Origin: Tubulanus polymorphus
Taxonomy: Eukaryota; Animalia; Nemertea
NCBI RefSeq assembly: GCF_964204645.1
Contig: NC_134025.1
Location: 20,001,101-20,065,100 of the forward strand
Length of the DNA stretch: 64,000 nucleotides
Reading direction: 5' to 3'
The notes beneath the pieces were generated by a model. That model saw nothing but the letters and a program-made list of their open reading frames with translations. It did not search any database and was not told the origin of the DNA. A program made the position numbers and the translations under genes. This document shows positions 39,735 to 53,614 of this stretch, piece after piece (the stretch's first letter is position 1; every line of letters starts with the position of its first letter).

Positions 39735-39946
39735 CATGTATCAATCACCTGTCCTGGGGAGAAGTAATATTCGAGCAACTGCTTGCGCTCAGGAGTATCA
39801 GGCCAGGTACCCATTTACTCCTAGGTGGAGAGAGGCAATGAGGATAAGCGTCGTGCCCGAGGACACTGCGGTAGGGTACGGGGTTCGAACCTACGACCTG
39901 GTTTCCCAAAGTCGAAGTTTTAAACACTCGCCCACGCCGCTCGCTC
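39735..39946 (-). mobile_element. tRNA-derived SINE
   Basis: Minus strand: A-box-like ggcgtgggcgagtgttta, B-box GGTTCGAACC, then a conserved-core-like gtgtcctcgggcacgacgctta..ctctctccacctaggagtaaatgggtacc. Confidence 0.8.
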
Positions 39947-42867
39947 AACGCATATCTTAACAGTCAATAATGAGTGGTAATCCAACTTGACCGGTACCGT
40001 ACCCGTATTTTGTATCTGCCAGTGAATCACAAGTAGCATCTTGTATCGTGTACAAAATGGCAAAGAAATAGCATTGAATTTATACAGCCATCATTGGTTG
40101 ACGTGATGTCATCATTATGTCTACAATCGGTTAAAAGTGGTTCGCTCTAGACATCGACAAACGAAACCTAATTTACCCGCAAATTTTCTTGATCCCGGCT
40201 ATCAATCGCCCGAATCGCAATCAGACAGTGGAGCGTAAAATTCGAGAAGCTTTTTCAAATAAGCGTGATAAACTTTAAAAAAAAACGCACGCTTGACCAT
40301 ACTGGCATTTCGTGAATCTTTTTTCAAAACGCAATATATATGTACAATGTATCAGTATGCCAAATTTTTAGCGAAACTAGTAATGAACTGATACAATAGT
40401 TATTGAAAACGATGGTTCGGGAATTGTCAGACATGAGTCTCGTATAGAAAACCAGTAGTAATCTTTAGATCCAGATTGATCCTAATAGTCCAATAGCCAA
40501 ACTCCTACGTGGGGAACAGATAATAAGATAATAAAACCCACTATTCACAGAATTCAAAAGATAAGAAACGAATTATATTTATCCAATAATTAAAATCAAA
40601 ATATACGACGTTTCGAACTCTCGAGATCATCGTCGTGACGATATTACTTTGATCCTGTAGTCATTATAACAGTAATAAAGATACAGATTTTGAAGTTGCG
40701 TAACTTAATACAACAGGGTAGACAATTTATGATGGTTTAAATCATAAAACTTGAAACCTTTAATTAATTAAGACATACGTACCTCTACAGGCGTAGGCCG
40801 CGGCTTGTCGAATCCTCTGCTTGAATTGAGTCAGATATCCGCAGAGGAATGATTATGACTATAAATCAAAAACGCTTTTGAATATGTGTCGCTTGATCAA
40901 TTAAATTGGAAAATAATTAAATGGCTTTGGAAAAAGCGACACGTGTTGACTTCATAAGTTTATTTAACAATTTAGGCACCTGGCACCAGTAAGCTTTATG
41001 TCCACTAAACAATACAGCAGGGCGTGACAAAAGTTTCATTGATTGGATTCAAAATTAAGTTCGAAATTAATAAACCAATTAAAATGTATTATACTTGTTC
41101 GCGACACGCTTTCTGTTGTTCACTTGTGGCATATGATCGATAATCTGCTGGTTTATATGATGAAAACATGGAAATAACCAGGGAAGTATTGTACACTCCC
41201 GATTTTTTTATATAGTTGAAAATGCTAACCCTACAAATTCATACAAAATATATCTTATCGTCAAATTTCACTCACCGAGTTCTTAATATATGGGTGGTCA
41301 AAAAGAAAATTCACTTTTTAATCCAATATCCAGGGGCAGATCTAGGAAAATTGGAAGTCAGGGGTCCAGAAAGAAAGAAAAGGCATTTCTCAGATAATGC
41401 AGCGAAGTCAACGGCCTCTATTGGGGTACCGCCCTAGGTTTTAAGAAAGAACCGAAAGGTTGTAATCTCCGATAGGATGAGTGTGAAATTTACCGGACCC
41501 CGAGACCAACACCTAAACCCGCATCTTGTAACACCCCCAATACGGTATAAGATATGATATTATATCTTACCAACTCGATTGTGAAAATTGTGTTTTTCTA
41601 TTACAGAGGCCTTACTTTGATTTAAGGTTTTAATTCACGCTGTTCGTTCTAAAACATTCAAACGTTCTATTTACACTATAATGATTTAAATAAGAGTCAT
41701 CACTATTTACATTAATTTAGTTGAAAATAAATACTATTTACAAACTCAACGACAAACAGCGATTGCTAGACATAAACGCAATATACGGTCTATGAATTGC
41801 ACATCTCCGCAGGATCCTACTGTCCATCGTTGGGCGGTTATTGTTATCACGGATGACTCCGAACGAATTTGTTTGCCGCTAGCTTTCGTAGCTCTCAAAT
41901 CACGGAGTTTTTCGTGTCGCCGCGCAGCCCATTCCTTATGCACCTGTTCGCTTACAGAGTTCCTGCAAGATTTCCCGCAGCAGAGCGCATCGCTTCTTAA
42001 TACAATTAAAGTACTCAAACTTACCTACAATTGGGCGGGTTTCGTTCGATCGGTCTTTTTCTTCCCGAGACGTTGCGATATCAGAGTGCTTGTCACGCAG
42101 GATAGCTGGTGTTGCGGTTCCCTGTTGGTACGACCAGAGGGTTTGTGGAACATTTCTACGAGATTTCACCATCAGCGGGTGCCGGTGCAGGGCCTCCCCA
42201 TGAAAGATTTTTATGAATAGTTCATAGATGCATTTTCCCGGCCATTTTAAACCATAAAATTCGGTCGATACTGAGCGAGAATTTCTATTTGAGTGTAAAT
42301 TGAAAAGTACGAATTTTGGTAGAACTGCAGATTTGGTATATTATTGGTCCAACTGAGGACTGCAGGTCAGACCTGCTCCGCTAGTCCTGTTATTATAGTA
42401 CCTAAGATCCTGGGGTCAAAAACTATTTGTGTTAAGCCCCTGTGAACACGCTAAAAAAGGCTAGCGGGTGAAATTATCTTCGATCAGACTAAAGAACTGA
42501 AGATGCAACGAAATCCACGTTGTAAAAAGCGTTTCACGATATTTCGAAATTCCGTCGTTTAAATCATTGCCACGAAGCTGCGATAGCAATGCGCTTACCC
42601 CGAGGCAGATTCCAGCACTGTACACAGTCAGTGTCATTATTGTACGACGTGTCGAGGTAATCGTATATAATATGGCAAAACACGTAGACCAGGGACCCTC
42701 AAACGAAGAGTATTTCAGAGTCCGCGTGGTTATACCTAAAACCTCGACCTCGTCTTCAAATATCAACTCAAGTTCTACTAAGCTTTAAAATACCCAGTGA
42801 AATATACTTCTTACACAAACGAATCGTAAGCGGTGAAGGGAGCAGCTATTTTTTTCTGTTGATTACG

Positions 42868-43971
42868 ATGATCAAAACCGATGCGAAAGATATTGTCGAG
42901 AATTTCACGTCGATTTTGCAGCCGTCCCTCACCCAGCCGCCCTGCCCACGAATACCGCGTTACCAATGGGGTAACGCCTTCAGCGTGTATGTACGTGGGT
43001 GGTTATCTACCCTCTACATGCATTGGCATCGTGTTAAGTATAACAACAATCCTCGTGTTCACAAGAATGGACGTCTCGAGATATCGCCCTATAATCATTT
43101 TAGCCTGGTTCGATTTGTTTTTTTTCCCATCGTCTCCTTATCCATGTATCCTTTGCGCGTGATAATATCGATATCAATAATCGGCTATCCTCGGCTGTTC
43201 GCCTATGACGATTGGTATTTCGGACACGAGATAATCATCTGGACGTTGCCGTTATTCTACACGATTCAGATGTCCAGCAACTGTACGGTAGTGATGGTCA
43301 ACACGGAAAGGTTGTTCGTCGTGATGAGCCCGCTTCATTATAAACGTTTCTGGGACAAGAAACAGATCATAGGCGTTACGGTCCTCATATTCCTATCACC
43401 GTATTTTGTTACTGGCCGTACTATTTTCCCATATATCTACCAGGTCCGGCGATGTCACCATGCTTGTGCTTCGATCCGAACGGGCCACGCACGTAAACTA
43501 TGGGCATTTTCGACGCCAAATTTATTCCCACCGGACTAAAGCACAGTGATGCATCCTCCGGGGCTTTTACGATCTATACCTACTTGTACATGACGGTCAT
43601 CGTGTCGATGTGCGTCCTGCTTCTAGTCAACATCGCTCTACCAACGTTCATGATACGCAACCGTTTGCGGAAGTGACGCCAATTCGTGGAAGAAAAGACC
43701 CCGGCGAAGGAGGCAAAAATATTGCAAATGGTAATAGCCATCGTATTCGTTTTTGTTGTATGCGAAATACCGGCCTCATTGGACAGAATGCTTTGGTATT
43801 TTGAAAATCATTACTGCATTTCCCAAGCATGGCCTTACTTTGAATACTAGGATGGTGATGAGAAAGGTTGAAATTCTGCTCAGCATTTCCGATTCTTCGG
43901 TCAACTTCATTATCTACTGCCCCACCAACGGCGCTTTCAGAAAGGCCGGTAGTGACTTATTTCGATTGTAG
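42868..43971 (+). pseudogene. Frameshifted intronless rhodopsin-class (peptide/FMRFamide-receptor/Srw-like) GPCR
   Basis: TM1 CIGIVLSITTILVF, TM2 LAWFD, TM3 VMVNTERLFVVMSPLH, TM6 FVVCEIP and TM7 DSSVNFIIYC...FR lie in different frames, so there are several frameshifts. Confidence 0.75.
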
Positions 43972-44673
43972 TTTCAATAACTCTATTGGCAAATTTAACT
44001 TCCTATGCTGCTATAGAAGATAAGCAAGTTAGATGCATGATCTGTTATCACTGCTTTGTGGCTACATTTACTTTTGATCGGTTTCCAACACCCAAAATTA
44101 TTGGGTGGTTTCGCTGACAAAGAAACTGAGCTATCTATTACTCGCGTTTTAAACTATGTGTAGTATCAAATTAACAAGGATGCATCAGCCGAGGTCGATA
44201 CAACTAGCCAGGGGCGGATCCAACAGGATTTTCGAAGGGGAAGGTGTACCGTCGCAACTATATAAAATCTGAAGGAAAACTATTTTATGTATATAATCAT
44301 TTCATCTAATGTGACGTATAAGTCTAAAAAAAGGGCTGGGTACCATTTCCATAAACTCTATCTATAATCAATATATCATGTACAATATGTAACTGTGATG
44401 AATAAATGAAGAGAAAAATTCACATTCCGTTATTTCACTGGTTATTTTCCAAAACCCAGGACTTTGATTGAGCCTTGCGGGATATGGGATCCAGCCATTT
44501 GCTGTTAAGGAAACCGAATTAAAACCTGTCTTGACCCAAAAGCTTCATTTAGAATATTTATTGTATTCGCGTGATACCATGAAAAAAATAATATGGAGTA
44601 TCTATAGAAAAAGAGGTGAACTCCAAAAATAACAATCAGCAAATTGGAATTGAAGAGAAGTGATTGTACGAAT

Positions 44674-47600
44674 TCAATGAGTTGAGGTTGCGTTTCCATT
44701 CATCAGTTCGTTAGGTGCAGACGAATCGAATTGAACAATTATGATGAAATACGTCAAGAAGATTCCGCTCAGCTAGAATGAAAAAAAAAACAAAATTATT
44801 ACCGGTTGTATTATCATCAGTGTCGGGAAGAAACATTGATATTCCATCTATGAATTGCATATTTTCTTATCACTGATCCAATCATTTGCCACCAATTCGA
44901 TTTGTTATGTCATTGCATTGGATGTTGATTTCTATCAATCTTTTATGAGAAGTCCTTTCGATCACAAGGCAGCCGTTCTTTTTCCACGCTTCTCGTTCTA
45001 CGGGTCATTCGTGACCCAAGAAATTAACAATAATTTTCCATTGAGCTTTTGGGAATTTATCAAGTACATGTTTATATTTTGATAAATGAATAAGATATAA
45101 GAAAATGATGAGTACATAACCTTTGAATTCTTAAAAAATGCCGAAGTAAACTCCTATTTATAGGACTTTTAGTTGGATCTAATATTTTCAAAATAATTGC
45201 CGAGTGAAATCAGGAAAACTAAAGACTTATATTCGAACCTTATTACTTTCCATCGGTTCGTTTCATTTCGTGTGTGAGGTCATAAATACGATTTTGTGAA
45301 TGAATATGTTGATTCTTTGTTGCATCGGTGCAACATTTTGGAAATGTAGGTCAAATGGGTAAAATGCCAAATTTGACTATGGATATGGTTTACTGGTACC
45401 TCAGAGGTTACATTTCACGAGTGTAAAATAATTTTCATTCGAAAATTGGCGGTCGCGGTCACTAGAAGGTTGAATTCACTGGTTATGTGAAAACTTCGTT
45501 CGTTCTAATTGCTGTTTTGTAAGGGCAGCCGTTACAGATGAATTTTGAATACTTGGTTCACAAATGTCCATGAAAGGCAAATCGTGAAACGTGAAAAAAG
45601 AACTCTCAAACGGCTGTACTCAAAACGCGTCATTGCATTTATTACTATCTATTAGGCCTATTGCATTATTGCATCACCGTGATAAAACAGAAAGATTCTT
45701 TTTATCGCGTGTGTCAACAGCTATATTTGCCGTTCAAACGTGTGAATTTGCGTGATCAATAAGATCACTTATTTCTCTCTTGTTTTATAGCAGGCTAAAA
45801 CAAATTTTCAAGGTTTTGCAAAATACTTGTAATGTGCGTCTGAGTTTCATCTAGATAATAACGAAGCATAATAACAAAGCTCATGAGGGCTAATGAAATA
45901 TTTCTAGTCCTTCTTCTCTCAGGAAGTCTCAGGCTAAAATGATACCTTGTTTCTCCGAGTCGGCTAGATCATCTTGTAAACTGCAATAGAATTTGTAATC
46001 AGTTCTTGTATAGCTGATGGGTGATTGTTAGCCATGATTTAAAAAAAAGTAATGTGCAGGGTTGCTAGGCAGCCGGCCCAACTCTAAAGCCGAACGCACA
46101 CGGCAAAAAATTTGTTTCGCCGAAACAGAAATCACGTTTTTCACTAAACGTTTTTTGCTCGTGAAAATTGTTTTTCAGTTCGTTGTTTTGTGTTTTGCCT
46201 CCAACGCACACGGCACCGAAAAATCGTTTTTTTTTCACGAGGAAAAAACGTTTTTTCAGTGCCGTGTGCGTTGGGCTTAAAGCTCAGCAAAAATGAGAAG
46301 CAATGCATCATTTTTTAGCCAAATTCATCGATGGGTCGAGATGTAAACTGATGATATATCCATCATTTTTTCTAAGATGCTAATTAGTTGCTAATTTTCA
46401 GCTCCAGACCGTAGGTGTTCGATTATATTCATATAATGTACACTTAATCCATGGGGTGATTTTAGTTTCTAATAATTGTATGGTAACAAACCGTTAAAAA
46501 TGTTTCTCTATTGATGACGAACAATTTCCAAGCGGTAACGCCAATCGAAGGTCCCTGGAGCCTGGCAGTGAACATTGATACCTTTAATGAAAGAAAATTC
46601 ACAGGAAATAAAGAAGTTTTAACGACAAAGCAGCTTGCATTTTAATCACAAGCGGATTTATAGAGGGCCGCTACCAAGATGATATTGTAGCCTGGTAATC
46701 TTTTTATAGAATCACTCGAGGTGCTCAGAAAATTGTCAATTTTTGAGAATTATTTAGGAGAGAGCTCCAAAACCGCTTAATTAGGATTCGCCCCTTTGGT
46801 GATCGCTCTTCTTATACTAAATACAATTTCTAGGCCGAGGAGGTTTTGCTCCCGCCCCTCTATTCGAAATTACCGGATCAACCCCTGGTAATTGCCAGGA
46901 AATTGTAAGCAGGTACAACAATCTGATTTCATATGATTGTATGTTTAAATACAATTTTTATCTTACGCATGACACATTGGAAAGAGCTTTTTTAATTCAG
47001 AAACAAACCTGTAGGACTTGATTATTCGTCAATTGTATGTTATCGCTTATCTTCAGGTCATGTATTATTTCTGCCAGTTTATGAGCCTGAAATGCACGGA
47101 AATACACTGACCATAGGTAGACCTTGCAAAGCTTTGGCCCGTTGCAAACATACACCCGTATAACAAAAATGAAGGTCATTCTGTGTAACAGGTCCGTATA
47201 GTATCTTTGAAGTTCCAAAGTATTTCGTAAAATTGTACTCACGTTCGCATTAACTGCACTTCCATCAACTAACAAAATTCCAAGGAGGCACAACATTACG
47301 ACCAGCCAGTAAACATGAGTAGCGATAACCATAGGGTCGGAGTCTCTGCGGACATGCCAGATTATATTGTAGAATATAAACAACGAGCCTACCAAACTCT
47401 GGACCAATAAGTAAGAGCAGTAATATTGTGTTTGTTCGTCCAATTTTATTACCATATTGCACACTTTCTGGTGATCATGCCTGTGATTTTCGAGGTTTTG
47501 CAGTAAACTGATCGGGTCTCGTTCTAGGCATTTCTGAAATCTTGTGTTGACAGCCTGGAAGGCTCCGAATGCGCACATGAGAAAATAATGCACCAATAGG

Positions 47601-48334
47601 GCAGGAAAAGCCCAGGCACTTGTACAAAATGTTATTCCAACTACGCTGCAAATTTTGATGACCATCTTAACTTCTGCTGACTCGACTGAATTGATCCATT
47701 GTGACGGTGAAAGATATCCAGTCATCGAGGTTCCGTTATCTAAAGCTCGAAACTCGAAAACGACTGAACACGCAACATTTATCAACACAAACACCCAAGC
47801 AATAACCGTAAAAATTAGACAAGCTTTCTGCGCACTTTCCATCGAACATTCAGAATCTGAAATCATACCGCCATCTTTGAAGTTATTGAACGTTTTCTGA
47901 AATTCTAGAATATAGGACGGTGCTAGATTCTTCGATCTCCATATTACATAACAGAAAGTGTAATTCAGCGACACCCATAGACTGTAATTGACGATTACCG
48001 AAATATACAGGGTATTACCGTCAAACCGTTCAAAACGCGTATCAGCGGCCATTCTGGCAAATGTGAGCCACCCGTTAACGATCATTACGAAAATGCTATA
48101 AATCTCATCGGCTGTAATGCGACCAGTTTCGGACGAATCGCCGTGGTGACTGTGGTAAAGTCCGAATATTCGCATGCTTATAATAATCGGTCGCATAACA
48201 GCGTAAATATCTGTATCCATATATGATTTTAATTCATCCTTCTGAGTTGTCTGCTCGATCTCAATCGAAGTCGACTCTACTTTTGGCTGCCTGTAAGCTT
48301 CGATAACCGATGTAACGTTCGTTTTCTTTGTCAT
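44674..48334 (-). CDS. Gustatory receptor-like (GRL, 7TM ion-channel superfamily) protein; exons 48334-47243, 47086-47009, 46581-46492, 44772-44674
   Basis: N-terminal IYAVMRPIIISMRIFGLYH, multiple TM helices, GVTAWKLFVINRETFLT and the TM7 signature TYFIIIVQF (TYhhhhhQF). Three phase-0 introns at the 3' end. Confidence 0.9.
46088..46277. mobile_element. PIF/Harbinger-like MITE with TAA TSD, inserted in an older repeat
   Basis: taa|agccgaacgcacacggca...tgccgtgtgcgttgggct|taa; the empty site is seen in the paralogous repeat at about 14235. Confidence 0.8.
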
Positions 48335-49314
48335 TTCGATGGGAAGGTTAATTCTAGTAGATTTTCAAAAATACGATAGACATTGGTAAGAAAAATGCGT
48401 TATGTCGAGTCGTCCGTTTTTGAATGCGACGAGTTTTTGCGATGGTTATTCGACGCTGCAAACTCGTCACAAACAGCGGCTGTTTGTTGCTAGTAATGGT
48501 GTTTTCATTGTTTGCTTTCAGTAAAACGGCATTTTCATCTCAAACAGAATATAATGGGTTTTTTACTGCACGGGTTAATGAGGTGGATGGATGGATACAA
48601 ATACACTCCATCCGAAAATAGATTTCCATGTTGCTTTAGTGACATTAGTATAACAAGTGTTGATGCTTTTGGAGATACACAATTCCATCCGTCGAATACC
48701 TTAAAAAGAAATGTTACTACGATGATAACTATAATTCACTTTTAGACACTCATGACGTACTTTTATTAGGAAATAAGATACATATTTCTACAGAGCTCGA
48801 ATAACGCAATGATTAAATAAATGTATAAAAGGTTTTTGACCATTGGTCTTTGCGACGATATAAAAACAATGTTAGGCAACTTTCATTAAAAAACTGATTA
48901 AATAGAATGACGCGGGTGGATATAAAAACGTTAGGAAATCATGCTTTTTCAGTGTTAAGCAATATTGATAAATATGATATAAAAAACCTTACATTAAAAC
49001 ATCATTGTTACAACAGTAGTGACTGCGGCCAAGTCAGATCCGATCAACTCGGATGTTTTTTGAAATATTTTTTGTGACACTATATATGAAATACATAATA
49101 TTCAACTCGGATATCACTCAATCAAGTCAGACACAATTTGTACGGTCCCAAAAGATCCGACTTGAGCGAAGTCTATTGACAATATTTTTGCTTTAAAAGG
49201 TATGAAAAATAGCTGAAAGAAAGAGAAAGAAGTTTCTCTCATTTAAAGAATGAACATTGATGACATGTGCGCGCGCGCGCAGCTTGGCGATAGTAACACT
49301 GAATGATAGTTTTG

Positions 49315-52300
49315 TCAATTGTTGATCGACTGCGGTGCTGCATCACTATAGGCCAATAACGTTATCGCCAGAAATATAACGATGACCAAGAAAATAAGAA
49401 AGAACACGCGATCCATGACCATAATGATTAGTTTCCAGTCCATCATTGCCCGGCGAATAGCGTTTGACGATTGACTGGTGTAAATTGTTGAGCGATCATT
49501 GGCGTCTTGTGGGCTCGACATTTCGGTATCGTCGTCGTTAGCTCTCGGTTCCTCGACCTCTGCGTAGCCGTGATGCTTGACGCAAACCAGTTTACCAACT
49601 CCACCCACGATTATCTACATGAAATACACGACATAATGTTATCACAGGCTTTGAGAAATCGTTATAATCGAAACGAATTTCGAACTTGTTTCCATTAAAA
49701 ACCTGAACGTATAAGACTTACGCATGACATTAGTTTTGGAGGAGGTGACTTCCAGCGTCCTCTCCAGATTAGAGTAAATAGATGAGTGAGCAGCAATGCA
49801 ACAGCGGCCAGTACCAGATTTGCCGCATAATACAACGCTAAAAAACATGTGTAAATAATTTTTGAAAACCAGATATGACAAACAGGATAAATTATTTTGG
49901 TCACCGTATTATGGCCCCTGATACCTAATCGTCAGTATTCCATCTCATTCTGTTTTCCTGAATAGCACGGTGGTCAATTACAAGTCTACAGAAGACTGGT
50001 GATATGTGGAGACCAATGACAAAATGACTAGATTACAAACTTAGAATACTATTACCTAGTAGTGGGGCTTTGCTCATTCCCGAGGGGAAAAAGTCTTCTA
50101 ACAATGAGATCATTAATACGTAGGCAAGCATCAAACCAACCGCTGAAATAGGTAAAGACGTACTTGATCATTAGAAAATCAATCATCTTATGAGGAAATG
50201 CATGGCGGCTTATTCGACCGGGCCTTACTAAGATATTTTCGTTTACGAGGCAAGGCACGATAAAATTTGTTTATAGTGGTCCGTTTTTTTTGTTTTCACG
50301 CCAGAGAACTTTTGCGCGAAAAATTCTTTTTTTTATATATATATTTGAATTCTCGCGCGAGAAAACAAAAAGTTTTGAATTCTCGCGCAAGAAAACAAAA
50401 CAGTTGGCCATCTAAAAGATTCTTCATCTTCATCGTGCTTCTAGCCGTACAGAAAAATTATTTAGTATGACCAGAATCAGCCACCAAAGAAATGTCTCCT
50501 AGACTAGAAATCGCACCTAAGATGGTTTTATCACCGGTTTCTGGAGGCATTAAGAATATGAACGGTATAAGCACGGATAGCGCAGCACTCGGGGAAATAT
50601 AAATGTGTACGTAATAGCTGGGTTTACGTTTAAATGTCAAATCAAACTGCGCGTGTTGGTAAACCTCCGGGCAACAGTCGTAAGTTCGGTTGATAATGGT
50701 TCCATTATTGGCCGCGAGTTCCCACTCGTCAGCGTCTTCGAAAAATCCGGTGCCTATTTTCTCCATGTTGTCGAACAGTGATAGGCGCATCTGAAATGAA
50801 TCCATTGCGATGATGATAACTTCATGATTGTTACTGTTTGGCTAAGTTATATTGTGGACTCCACGGCACGAATTTTCGCTGATGCGTATAGTAGCTATGT
50901 TGATTACTTGTGGAGAAAATTGATAAAATGTAAAGATTTCCTAATATACACAATGCCTTTCTGGCCATTTCAATTGGTTTGAATATATTGTCACTGTTTT
51001 GTCACCGTTTTGAAGTGAACTGAAATACTGAAATACAGCATAAGCCGTGAGTACCTCTTGGCTACTGTAAGTCCAAGATCCCATCATTAAGCTGCAGATT
51101 TGCTGATCGTACGGGAAATGATGGAAGTCAATGCGACAAAAGGTTTCTAATTGTTTCGGAGGAAACCATATCGTGTACCCACTGCTGTATACCAGAGCCA
51201 ACACTCGCTCGTCGTCTGGCGCTGTTTGTGGTGCAGCACTTTATTTAAAAGGCAGAAAGATATTATTATTATTATAACAAGCCAATGGTTACACGGTACC
51301 AAGATTTGTCTAAAAGGCTTAGTCTGGTCTGTGGAAACAGCCACTCGGTAAAATACAACCTATATTTGAGAGAATTATTATATAAAAACGTGGACGCTTT
51401 GGATGATTTAGATAGTCAGTTATTATACGGAAGTGCAGTCTATGGGACGACCGAGACTAGGCAAAAAAATTCAAAAAGTTTTTCAAAATAAACTTCAATT
51501 CTTTTTGAAAAAAATATCATCACTCATATCACTGCGATACGTTCGTCAGGATGATAGTATAAATGTCTTCGCTGTGATGCTTACTTATTATAAAGCATTA
51601 TATCAGGTTTCCATAGCTTGGACGAATCGATGCGGATCTTATCCAGGCCACCAAACGATTCCGGTGTCCAAGACAAACGAATATCCATCCACCCCTGAAA
51701 ATTGAAAGATTCGCTGTAAGTCGGACAGATTGATGTGAGCAAACTGACCCGGGGGACGGGAGTCTATACAGTATTGGCTTGAGCAAGGGGCCATCACTCA
51801 TTTTAGGCAATTATGTCGGGAATACATATGCGTCATTTTCTATTTCATTAAAGCATCATTAATCTAAAACGAAAAAGTAAAAAATGTGCTGATCTTTGTG
51901 GCTTATAGAAATCCAAAATTCGTTTTATACTGTGGGATTCTATTGCTATCATTCCCTAAATTGTGGCCTTGGGTATTCAAACTATTTATTGATTGTGGAA
52001 CTATAATCAACGGGATGTCGTAGAGTATCAATTTTTAATTTTTATTTTTAAGGAATCAGTTTGGTATTGATTGCCGATTAGGCTTCATATCCAAACAAAG
52101 TCAAATTAACTGTGGAACCGAACCTAGAACAACTCAACCCGATCATCTGGGGGCAGGTGTTGATTTTGTGATGTACATTATATATACGTTACCAACAAAA
52201 TGTCTTATATATGTATATCTTTATAGTCTTTGATTTAATAATGGAACAGCTCACCGTTTTCCAGTAACCACTCATCACCATTTTCTGGTTCTTCTCGTCC

Positions 52301-53614
52301 TAAAGTTTCAAAAGGATCACGGTATCACGATCAAATATATCAAACACTTATCAAGTTCAACAACCATGAACGTCTACTCACGCAGCCGATAAAAAGTGAC
52401 ACCTGTTATCTATTATTTTCTTATCTTATCGTTTTGAACGCGTTCTGAACTCACCAACTCGATCATATTTATCATTTCGAAGCCTATCTGAACGTTGACT
52501 TTATCTTTTTGGTGCTTTACCGGTCGCAAACTTTTATCGTACACGGATGCTGATCCATTTTGGTCTTTCCGAAATAGATACCGTAACAGTTTATGCTCGT
52601 GGTTGAGATACACGAAGTCAGAGGCATTCATGCCTGGTTTTCCTGTGAAAACGATTATGTATTTATAGCGTAGTTGGCCTCAGATATGATTCAACATTAT
52701 ATATTATTATAAATTTCAAGAACTGTTATTTATTTATTGTGTATCTGTAAGCATTTTACGTTATATCTTCCTTGTTCATTCTTGTCACTAACTGGAGCTA
52801 TAGTTCCCGACAGACAAGTGAAAATACTAGTTATTACAAGTTAGATACTAGTTATTATAATTGGCGGAGAAGCTTTGTCGTATTATCTTTCGAGGACCTG
52901 GAGCTGGTAGTCGCAGGTCATCAACGGAATCTGCGACACGTGTTATTCGCTCGGAAAATCGAGCTAGTTCCCAACCGACTAAAAAGTAGTATGTAGTATG
53001 TAGTAACTAAAAATTTAGTTACTACATATTTTACATATATATTTCATTTTTTATCTTAAAAACGTAAGTCATTAGTCACTGCCAAAGTCACTATACCCTA
53101 AAGCAGAAGGACGTATGATACACACCATCTGATTTCAATTCCTTGATAGCACACAAAGCCGTATTTACCAAGAAGGCAAGGGGTCAGTTGCCCTTGAAAC
53201 TTTGGAAAAGTGCCATTTTCGCAAATATTATTGTTATATTCTATAGAACTGCCCTTTCTCGGGTTTCTCTGCCCCCTCACCTTGAAATCCAAATGCTAGG
53301 TACGGCCCTGACTATTGTCAGGTAGGCTAAGCCAGACAGGGTTCGAGCTTGCGCTATTAGGGCTTCATACACCATTTGTATTTCCCAACAATATAACATA
53401 TATACCGGTACATACGGGGTCATATATCTTTGGATCTATATCAAACTCGATCAAAGAAACCAAACGATTTTTCATGAATGTAAATGGAACTGTAGATTTA
53501 TAGATTTAAATCACATTTACCTGATGCTATAATTGTCTTAGATGCAGCGCTAATTAGTGCGATTTGAAACAAGAGCGCGATAGACACGCAAAGCAGTAGT
53601 CTTTTGGCCGCCAT
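49315..53614 (-). CDS. Nicotinic acetylcholine receptor alpha-type subunit (divergent); exons 53614-53521, 52642-52455, 52299-52255, 51694-51585, 51238-51055, 50790-50517, 50142-50056, 49837-49722, 49614-49315
   Basis: Signal peptide, YDKSLRPV, WMDIRLSW..WKPDIMLYN, Cys-loop CRIDFHHFPYDQQIC, GSWTY, loop C YDCCPEVY, four TM helices and MDRVFF in M4. The 45-nt and 110-nt exons are typical of nAChR genes. Confidence 0.92.

Noticed and set aside
39735-39946. Functional tRNA gene
   Set aside because: It has a B-box but no convincing cloverleaf, and it continues into a SINE core sequence.
45960-46010. Final GRL exon (a QF-containing stretch on the minus strand)
   Set aside because: It is part of a dispersed repeat also found at about 14130. 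The true TYFIIIVQF exon is at 44772-44674.
49315-53614. Cephalopod-type chemotactile receptor
   Set aside because: Vicinal cysteines and the aromatic ACh-binding residues are retained, unlike in those receptors.
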